A stretch of DNA of 11,692 bases. Origin: Promethearchaeota archaeon. Its GTDB lineage: Archaea > Asgardarchaeota > Lokiarchaeia > Sigyniarchaeales > SOKP01. The notes under the pieces were generated by a model that was not told the DNA's origin, did not search any database, and worked only from the letters and a program-made list of their open reading frames with translations. Below are positions 1-6,283 of the stretch, piece after piece. The stretch is from positions 1 to 11,692 of the forward strand of contig JBHLMP010000073.1 in NCBI GenBank assembly GCA_048938025.1. Reading direction: 5' to 3'. The translations under genes were made by a program, and so were the position numbers. Position 1 is the stretch's first letter; each line of letters opens with the position of its first letter.

Positions 1-969
1 GAGCAGGGAAATTTTATATCAATTACTAATTTGAATCCAAGATTAAGCAATCTTGATTCTACAACAATAGATTTATTCGCTACTTCTAGTTCAAATATCA
101 CTAAAAAAGATAAAACAATCCAATTAGAAGTTGAATTAGTTAAAAATATTAAACAACTTCAGAGTAGACAAAATATCGTCTCATTTAAAGGAATAATATA
201 TTCAATAGATGACTTAAAAAAAGTTGCTTTAAAAACAGGTGAAGAAATCTCTTTATTAAATATTATAGTAAGTGATGAGACAGATGCAATAAGGGTTAGT
301 GTTTGGGGAGATAAAGCAGAGGAGCTATCTAACTCCCTAACAGTTGGTCAAGGAATAGTATTAAAAAATGTTACACTTAAAACTTTTGTTGGTAGAAAAC
401 AAGCCTCTTTTAGAAAGGATTCAATTTTAGAGAAAATTGATCTAAAGATTTCAAATCTTAAAAGTATAGATTCAACAATAAATATGACCAAGAATGATTT
501 TACAAGAAATTATACAAAAATTAATAAGATTAATTCTTCGAATTTTTACGAAATTAAAGGTATTATAAATGAAGATTTAACAGATAGAAATATAATAATC
601 TATGATGCATGTTCAAAGTGTTTAAAAAAGATTGATAGATGTATGTGTCAAGAGAGTAATACCCCTATAAAACGGATGATTATTAAAGCATTTGTAGACG
701 ATGATAGTGAAACTATCAAAACTACTTTTTTTAATGAACAAGCTGAAAAATTAATTGAGAAAAATGCTGAAGAAGTTTCTAAAAACCTCAACAATAAAGA
801 TTTCTTGGAAGATTTATCAAAAAAATTAAGATCTAAGAATTTAGTAATTAAAGGTAAAGCAGAATTCAATGATTATAATAATATTAACCGATATGAATTA
901 AGAGTTAATGATTTTCAAGATATGAATGTTACTGAAGAATTAGAGGAAATAATGAAAGAAATAGAATGA
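1..969 (+). CDS. rpa: Replication protein A (ssDNA-binding, multi-OB-fold), 5'-truncated by the window edge
   Basis: Frame is open from base 1, so the TTG at 31 is probably internal. Two OB-fold signatures (IVSDETDAIRVSVWGDKAE; FVDDDSETIKTTFFNEQAEKLI). The C-terminal OB fold carries a Zn motif (YDACSKC..CMC), as in RPA70 DBD-C and archaeal RPA. Confidence 0.85.
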   Translation, partial: EQGNFISITNLNPRLSNLDSTTIDLFATSSSNITKKDKTIQLEVELVKNIKQLQSRQNIVSFKGIIYSIDDLKKVALKTGEEISLLNIIVSDETDAIRVSVWGDKAEELSNSLTVGQGIVLKNVTLKTFVGRKQASFRKDSILEKIDLKISNLKSIDSTINMTKNDFTRNYTKINKINSSNFYEIKGIINEDLTDRNIIIYDACSKCLKKIDRCMCQESNTPIKRMIIKAFVDDDSETIKTTFFNEQAEKLIEKNAEEVSKNLNNKDFLEDLSKKLRSKNLVIKGKAEFNDYNNINRYELRVNDFQDMNVTEELEEIMKEIE

Positions 970-1061
970 ATGTAACATTAATATTTTGAAATATACATTA
1001 TCTTCCTAATTTAAGTTATTTTATTAAATTTTCAAAATCACTACAATTTTAATGACTCTAA

Positions 1062-1997
1062 ATGAATAAGGCAGAAATTATTGGTTTAGGGGAAGTTGTT
1101 GTCGATTGGGTTACAGAATTACCATATTTCCCCAAACCAGATGAAAAGATTGATGCATTAAGCGAGAATTATTTTTCTGGAGGAGTTACAGCTAATTTTT
1201 TAGTTGCAGTTGCGAGATTAGGATGTTCTTGCGGTTTTATTGGAGCAGTTGGAGATGATTTACATGGAGATTTCTTAATTAAAGACTTTAAAAATGAAAA
1301 TGTAGATGTATCATTTATAATCAAGAAACTAGGCAAAAAAACTCCAATCAATTTTATATTTATTGCTAAAGGGGAAAAAACAATTATCCAATCACCTCAT
1401 ATGTATAATACAAAATTAAAAATTTCTGATTTAGATGAATCGTATATAGCTGAAGCAAAACTTTTGCATACAACAATAATTCATCCTGAACTTACTAAAA
1501 AAGCGATAGAAATAGCGAAAAAACATGATGTAAAGGTTAGTATAGATTTGGAACCTCAGATTGCTCAGAGAGGGTGGAAAGTTTTAAAACAGATAATTTT
1601 AGAGGCAGATATCCTAATACCTAACAAGGAAGGCGCTAATTTAATTACAAAATGTAAAACGCCTAAAAAAGCTGCTGAAAATTTAATTAAGAAAGGAATA
1701 CCAATTGTAGTTATAACTTTAGGAAGTGATGGGGCTTTAGTTGCATCAAAAGAATTTCAAAAAATAATTCCATGTTTTAAAGTTGATAATATAATAGACA
1801 CTACAGGTGCGGGTGATACTTTTAATGGAGCCTTATCAGTAGCTTATTGGATTAAAAAAATGAATTTGGAACAATCAATCATTTATGCAAATGCTGCTGC
1901 TTCATTAAAAATTCAGAGATTGGGAGCTAGAACAGGAATGCCAAGCGAAAGTGAATTAATAGCATTCTTACAAAGTAAAAATATAGTTAATTTATAA
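1062..1997 (+). CDS. PfkB/ribokinase-family carbohydrate kinase
   Basis: PfkB signature 1 (GGVTANFLVAVARLG...GAVGDD), PNKEG, VITLGSDGA and signature 2 (DTTGAGDTFNGA). Substrate cannot be determined from sequence. Confidence 0.93.
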   Translation: MNKAEIIGLGEVVVDWVTELPYFPKPDEKIDALSENYFSGGVTANFLVAVARLGCSCGFIGAVGDDLHGDFLIKDFKNENVDVSFIIKKLGKKTPINFIFIAKGEKTIIQSPHMYNTKLKISDLDESYIAEAKLLHTTIIHPELTKKAIEIAKKHDVKVSIDLEPQIAQRGWKVLKQIILEADILIPNKEGANLITKCKTPKKAAENLIKKGIPIVVITLGSDGALVASKEFQKIIPCFKVDNIIDTTGAGDTFNGALSVAYWIKKMNLEQSIIYANAAASLKIQRLGARTGMPSESELIAFLQSKNIVNL

Positions 1998-2055
1998 TTA
2001 TTTTGTATTCTAAACCAACTATAAAATTAAGTAGTAAAAATAAAAGATTAATATT

Positions 2056-2496
2056 TTATTGGTCTATTAGGCAAATATTTGCATATTCATGAGGTTTGTT
2101 TATTAAATTTCGATAATTTTTAAGAACCTTCTCAGATGATAAATCTGTGGTTTGTAAATTAAATGGCCAAACTCCTACCACAATATCACCCAATTTTTTC
2201 ACATTTCCAATTAAATAACCTACTTTTGCTCCATCTGATTTAAGTGTATATAATACAATAAAATAATAATTATATGAATATCTAGATTTTTTAGAACCAA
2301 TTACAACAACCTCTTCAATATTTTGAAAATATAAAATGTTTTGACTTAATTCACTCAATTTTTTTAGCTCCAAAATAAATTGAGTTGTAACCTTTATGGG
2401 TTTAGCTGAAGTTATATCTTTAAAGCTCAATGTTAATTTCTTATTTTCAGACCCTTGAACTCCTTTAAAGATTACTTTATAAATATTGAAATCCAT
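2056..2496 (-). CDS. Hypothetical protein (146 aa)
   Basis: ATG-initiated ORF filling the space between the PfkB gene and aIF1, co-oriented with aIF1. No motif recognised. Confidence 0.65.
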   Translation of the reverse strand: MDFNIYKVIFKGVQGSENKKLTLSFKDITSAKPIKVTTQFILELKKLSELSQNILYFQNIEEVVVIGSKKSRYSYNYYFIVLYTLKSDGAKVGYLIGNVKKLGDIVVGVWPFNLQTTDLSSEKVLKNYRNLINKPHEYANICLIDQ

Positions 2497-2571
2497 AGAA
2501 ATTAGGTAAAGATTTATTTTTTTAATTATCTAACTTTTTATATCTAGACTTCTGATGTTAATTATTATTAT

Positions 2572-2904
2572 TTAACTTTTTTTTGTTTTTTCTTGAATGA
2601 TGATATTTTCTTCAGGAAAACCTAAATCAATTAAAAACTTTTTCATCTTAAAACGATGATCTCCTTGAAGTTCAACCTGGTTATTTCTTACAGTTCCGCC
2701 TGAAGCACACTTTTTCTTTGCTTTTGTTAAGATATCTTTAAGATTAACATCAAAGTTCCCTACAAATGTTATTACTGTAACCACTCGCCCCCATTTCCTT
2801 GTGTCATTAGATATTATTATTTGTTGCTCATCAGCACTTAAGCCTTCACAAATACATAGTTCTTTTGGAAAACTACATATTGGACAAATGTCGTCGTCTT
2901 TAAT
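2572..2904 (-). CDS. sui1: Translation initiation factor aIF1 (SUI1/eIF1 homolog), 110 aa, probable non-canonical ATT start
   Basis: The ORF-track call (GTG at 2784) is internal. The frame extends 40 codons upstream as (I/M)KDDDICPICSFPKELCICEGLSADEQQIIISNDTRKWGR, followed by VVTVI...KKKCASGGTVRNNQVELQGDHR, all typical of archaeal SUI1. An in-frame TGA lies at 2916-2914. There is no ATG/GTG/TTG between it and the Cys knuckle; ATT occurs at 2904-2902 and 2889-2887. Confidence 0.9.
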   Translation of the reverse strand: MKDDDICPICSFPKELCICEGLSADEQQIIISNDTRKWGRVVTVITFVGNFDVNLKDILTKAKKKCASGGTVRNNQVELQGDHRFKMKKFLIDLGFPEENIIIQEKTKKS

Positions 2905-2913
2905 ACTCTCTTT

Positions 2914-2917
2914 TCAC
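2914..2917 (-). promoter_or_regulatory. SD-like GTGA ribosome-binding site for aIF1
   Basis: GTGA lies 9 nt before the ATT at 2904. The same motif lies 9 nt before the GTPase ATG (3170-3173) and 7 nt before the thermosome ATG (7899-7896). It matches part of the archaeal GGAGGTGA consensus. Confidence 0.55.
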
Positions 2918-2989
2918 AACCTTTAATATTAAAATCTTTTTAAAATACAATACTTGAAAAATAATAGAACAATATCTTTTAAAAATCTT

Positions 2990-3003
2990 TCACTCTAGAG
3001 TGA
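2990..3003. promoter_or_regulatory. Perfect 14-bp palindrome TCACTCTAGAGTGA, candidate operator
   Basis: Self-complementary and GC-richer than its surroundings. Lies in the divergent aIF1 / small-GTPase intergenic region. Confidence 0.35.
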
Positions 3004-3182
3004 CACTTTTATAATGTAAAAAAGAGGGAACTTAAATTTGATAAATTAAACATTAAAAATTTATCTTTCAAATTTATAATATTAGATTTAATTTATCAAG
3101 TAAAAAAATATATAAAGATTAAATTTTATTTAATATAAAAAACTGTACTCTTTATTTTAGTTTAATAAAGTGAATAATTAAT

Positions 3183-3716
3183 ATGCAAAGTTCATGGATA
3201 TTTAAAGTAATTGTGGCAGGGGCTGGTGGAGTTGGAAAAACTGCTATGATAACTCGTTATTGTACAGGGAGATTCGAACAGGGGTATAAAATGACTATAG
3301 GTGCTGGTTTTCATACAAAATCTGAAATTCTTGATACAGGAGAGGCTGTTAAAATGCAACTCTGGGACTTTGCAGGTGAAAAACGTTTTCGCGAGCTTTT
3401 GCCTGATTATTGTAAAGGGGCTAGTGGAGCTTTCATATGTTTTGATATAAGCGATTATGATACTTTTAGAGAAATTCCTGAATGGCTTAAGATCATCCGT
3501 CAAAAAGCTGGATTTATACCAATAATTCTTATGGGTATGAAATGGGATCTTCCCAACCATGAAGTCGTTTACGAAGTAGCAAATGATTATGCTGAAAAAG
3601 CTAAATGCAACCAGTGCGTATTTTGTTCTTCGAAAGGAAATATCAATATAACAGATTCTTTTCAAGCGATGGCAAAATGGTTAATTTATTATGCCACTCA
3701 AATAGATAATACATAA
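3183..3716 (+). CDS. Ras-superfamily (Rab-like) small GTPase, Asgard-type
   Basis: G1 GAGGVGKT, G2 YKMTIG, G3 WDFAGE, G4 MKWD (NKxD variant), G5 SSK. Rab-like segments KMQLWD and YCKGASG. No C-terminal CAAX/CC prenylation motif. Confidence 0.92.
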   Translation: MQSSWIFKVIVAGAGGVGKTAMITRYCTGRFEQGYKMTIGAGFHTKSEILDTGEAVKMQLWDFAGEKRFRELLPDYCKGASGAFICFDISDYDTFREIPEWLKIIRQKAGFIPIILMGMKWDLPNHEVVYEVANDYAEKAKCNQCVFCSSKGNINITDSFQAMAKWLIYYATQIDNT

Positions 3717-3807
3717 TATTAAAATACTGATTTTAATCTGGCTTCATTAAATAGTAAAAGCTAAATATTATATTTAATAAAATTATTATAAAATTGTTAT
3801 AAAAAGC

Positions 3808-4002
3808 GCCTCTGTAGCTCAGTTAGGTAGAGCACCGCCTAAACTATGTGTGCCTAAAGCACCCGGCTAAGTAAGCTTGATTTCACAGCTTCTCCGGAAG
3901 TTAACCGGGCGGTCGCATGTTCGAGATTCTGTCTGATGATATCCAGACAGAACGGGTTCCATTCAATGTTCGACCTCCGAGCAGTGGGAAAAGCCAGGGG
4001 CG
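3808..4002 (+). tRNA. tRNA-Asn(GTT) with four introns. Exons 3808-3830, 3858-3868, 3900-3925, 3959-3962, 3993-4002
   Basis: The joined exons give a 74-nt cloverleaf: GCCTCTG TA GCTC AGTTAGGTA GAGC A CCCGG CT-GTT-AA CCGGG CGGTC GCATG TTCGAGC CATGC CAGGGGC G, with discriminator G73. Each intron boundary falls at bulge-helix-bulge cut sites. CCA is not encoded. Confidence 0.9.
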
Positions 4003-4042
4003 CTTTACTTCTCTTTTCAAATAATAATAAAAAAGAGAGAAA
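4003..4042. terminator. Probable bidirectional T-rich terminator between convergent tRNA genes
   Basis: Pyrimidine/T tract after tRNA-Asn on the + strand and an A/G tract that is T-rich on the - strand. Inverted repeat TCTCTTTT (4010-4017) / AAAAGAGA (4031-4038). Confidence 0.4.
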
Positions 4043-4071
4043 TCTAAATCTTAGTATTTAGTTAAGTATAA

Positions 4072-4212
4072 TGCTCCCGCCGGGATTCGAACCCGGGTCG
4101 CGGGGGTTTTCCCTATAGATGAATGAGACAGTTCCATATGAAGGCCCCGTATGCTAAGCCCTTTCCTTCTTGATATTGGAGGGATTGGTTGGCCAGACTA
4201 CACTACGGGAGC
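4072..4212 (-). tRNA. tRNA-Glu (most likely TTC) with two introns: D-loop 21/22 (4188-4155) and anticodon loop (about 4139-4108)
   Basis: The minus strand reads GCTCCCG TA GTGT AGTCTGGCCAA^GCAT A CGGGG CC-TTC-^AC CCCCG CGAC CCGGG TTCGAAT CCCGG CGGGAGC A (75 nt), a typical archaeal Glu body. Intron 1 BHB: GGCC/GGCT helix with bulges AA^C and TA^G. Intron 2 has a TATGGA/TCTATA helix. Exact cut sites and anticodon are less certain than the Glu body. Confidence 0.82.
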
Positions 4213-4456
4213 AATTTTTTTTCTAATTAATTTTTTTTATCCTTATGATAGAGTAATCAAATAAAATTATTCAAAGAATTTGTTAAAGCAAAACTGATGT
4301 ATAATTTTGTAATTATTTTTTAATTTTAAATTTTTTCATAATCTATTTTGGATATTTAGATTTAGTAATTAATTGTCTCTTAAAATAAGTAAATTTCGTA
4401 CGAATTCATTGAAATTTCTAAATTTGATATTTTAGTAAATGTTCTATTGAATCTAA

Positions 4457-4541
4457 TGCGGGAAGGGAGATTTGAACTCCCGAACTCCTACGAGAATGGA
4501 TTCTAAGTCCACCGCCTTTGACCAGACTTGGCGATTCCCGC
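4457..4541 (-). tRNA. tRNA-Leu(TAG), intronless
   Basis: GCGGGAA..TTCCCGC-A acceptor stem, GTGGA CT-TAG-AA TCCAT anticodon arm, long variable arm CTC-GTAG-GAG, T arm GGGAG TTCAAAT CTCCC; 85 nt. Confidence 0.95.
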
Positions 4542-4713
4542 TTTTTGAGATTAAATTGTAGATTTATTATTTAATTAAAATGGTTAAGAATAAATAAATT
4601 TTATATTTGTGAACTTAATTCTAAATACGATTGAATTAAAAGAAAAAAAATTTATTATTATACATAATATAAAAATTTTATATTAATAATGAAAAAATAA
4701 GCTTGAGTTTTTT

Positions 4714-5712
4714 ATGAGTGTAAGGGATTCTTTAATTAAACATTTAACATCTATTTTACGGGCATCTGAAGGAACAATCTTAGTAGTTCTATGTGATCAA
4801 AATGGTCTATCTATAGCTAAGATTGGCAGGAAAAGTGATATAGATTTAAACCCAAATCAAATCACAAGTTTAGCATCAGCAGCGTTTTCTGCTAGTCAAG
4901 AAAATTGGGAAGATTTGAACATCAAAGATCAAGTTATTTCATTTTCATATTTTGATAAAATTTGTTTGATAACAATAAGAATTAATGAAACTCTACTTAC
5001 AATAGTTCATGATTATCATAAAGAATGGCCATTAGATGCAGACAATCTAGCTAGTTCTATGTATTATTTAAAACAAAAGTTAGGTGATTTTTTTGGGGGT
5101 GGCGGAGAATCTGAAAAAGATATTGAAGAGTTTTGCGATAAAGTTCGAAGTGCTACATATCTTTTCGGGATGGGATCAGAAGTTCCTTTTGCATCATACC
5201 TCCCTGAAAAAATTGATAAATTAGATATTTTAAATTCTATAAGCACTGTTTTGGATTCTATTCAAAATCCTATATTTATCAGATATAGTTTAGTTAACCC
5301 TTCTGGTTTGACTTTAGATGCTCGAGATGTTAGTGGGAAAAATTTACCCGTTTCTGTTGAAGCCTTTTCAGCAAATGCTAACGTCGCATTTCAAAAAATG
5401 AAAGAAGAATCAGAAGGAAGCTCAATTGGTGATCTCTTAAGTTATATAGCAATCGCCGGTCAAGATACTGAAAACTTTTATGGCCTTCTCGCAAGTCCCT
5501 CAGGAAAAATAAATTTTTCAAAATTGGAGGAGACTTCAAATATTCAGGAAATATCTTTCATTGGATTGTTTACATTAACATATGGAGGTATACCTGTTAT
5601 TAGTGAAGCAAGAAATATTATTTTTTCAATATTAGAGATTCTAGGGAAGGACCAAACGACACAGAACTTCATTGAATCTATAAATGTTCTTACTAGTTTT
5701 AAATATGATTAA
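4714..5712 (+). CDS. Roadblock/LC7 (MglB/LAMTOR-like) domain protein, probably two tandem Roadblock domains
   Basis: N-terminal pattern of helix, VVLCDQNGLSIA, ITSLASAAFSASQ...DLNI, then beta strands. A second similar unit follows (LDSIQNPIFIRYSLVNPSGLTLD ... EAFSANANVAFQKMKEE...IGDL) after a linker containing GGGG. Confidence 0.72.
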   Translation: MSVRDSLIKHLTSILRASEGTILVVLCDQNGLSIAKIGRKSDIDLNPNQITSLASAAFSASQENWEDLNIKDQVISFSYFDKICLITIRINETLLTIVHDYHKEWPLDADNLASSMYYLKQKLGDFFGGGGESEKDIEEFCDKVRSATYLFGMGSEVPFASYLPEKIDKLDILNSISTVLDSIQNPIFIRYSLVNPSGLTLDARDVSGKNLPVSVEAFSANANVAFQKMKEESEGSSIGDLLSYIAIAGQDTENFYGLLASPSGKINFSKLEETSNIQEISFIGLFTLTYGGIPVISEARNIIFSILEILGKDQTTQNFIESINVLTSFKYD

Positions 5713-5794
5713 GGTTAAAAAAAACTCATGATGTATAAGAATATAGATTTCTACTATTAGATAATAATGTAATAGTTCACTTTAAGGTTGAGCT

Positions 5795-6256
5795 ATGAAG
5801 GATGATAACTCTAAAGTATACATGCCAAAGATATATTGTCTTCATTATAGAGAGTGTGATCCAAAAAAATGCACCGCCTTAAAGCTAAAGAAATTTAACT
5901 TATTAAAAATAATAAAAAAAATCAAGGGTGTATTGAATAATTCAATTGTTCTTAATCCTTTCGCTCGAACAGAACTAAGCCTTGATGATAGGGAAAATAT
6001 CATTAGATATGGTCTTATTGTAATTGATTGCTCTTGGAATAAGCTTTTGGAATTAAATAAATTTAATTTAGGAATATCGCGTAGATTACCTCCTTTATTG
6101 GCAGCAAATCCAACAAACTATGGAAAATGGGAAAAGTTGAGTTCTGTAGAAGCATTAGCAGCTGCCTTTTTTATTACAGGTTTTTATCATTATGCAGAAT
6201 TATTGCTATCTAAATTTCATTGGGGTAGTCAATTCAAGAATTTAAATAAATTTTAA
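5795..6256 (+). CDS. tsr3: 16S/18S rRNA aminocarboxypropyltransferase Tsr3
   Basis: Motifs ECDPKKCTALKL, VLNPFA, IDCSW, RRLPPLLAANPTNYG, KLSSVEALAAA and FHWG. The start could be the second Met (MPKIY). Confidence 0.92.
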   Translation: MKDDNSKVYMPKIYCLHYRECDPKKCTALKLKKFNLLKIIKKIKGVLNNSIVLNPFARTELSLDDRENIIRYGLIVIDCSWNKLLELNKFNLGISRRLPPLLAANPTNYGKWEKLSSVEALAAAFFITGFYHYAELLLSKFHWGSQFKNLNKF

Positions 6257-6283
6257 AAAAATAAGTAATATTAAAATAAAGTT

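Noticed and set aside
648-1351. Antisense ORFs 648-869 and 1169-1351
   Set aside because: They lie entirely opposite well-supported genes (RPA, PfkB) and show no motifs.
2572-2784. ORF-track 70-aa version of SUI1 starting at GTG 2784
   Set aside because: It would omit the conserved N-terminal Cys knuckle and first beta strand, which are encoded in frame upstream.
3192-3665. 157-aa antisense ORF
   Set aside because: Shadow of the small GTPase with no recognisable features.
3740-3800. TATA/BRE promoter calls upstream of the tRNAs and CDSs
   Set aside because: Intergenic DNA is so AT-rich that many TATA-like boxes fit and none can be singled out.
3808-4002. Reading the GC-rich block as a tRNA pseudogene, two fused tRNA fragments or an integration (att) scar
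   Set aside because: All four inserts are bounded by BHB-type cut sites and their removal gives a fully paired cloverleaf. No integrase or duplicated tRNA end is nearby.
4072-4212. tRNA-Sec, because of CT-TCA in the anticodon region
   Set aside because: 7/5 acceptor/T-stem geometry, a 4-nt variable loop and A73 match Glu. Sec needs a long variable arm and an extended acceptor stem.
4395-4404. 10-bp palindrome TTCGTACGAA between tRNA-Leu and tRNA-Glu
   Set aside because: Short enough to occur by chance in 11.7 kb, with no second copy seen.
5064-5246. 60-aa antisense ORF with PPPP
   Set aside because: It is the reverse complement of the GGGG linker in the Roadblock gene.
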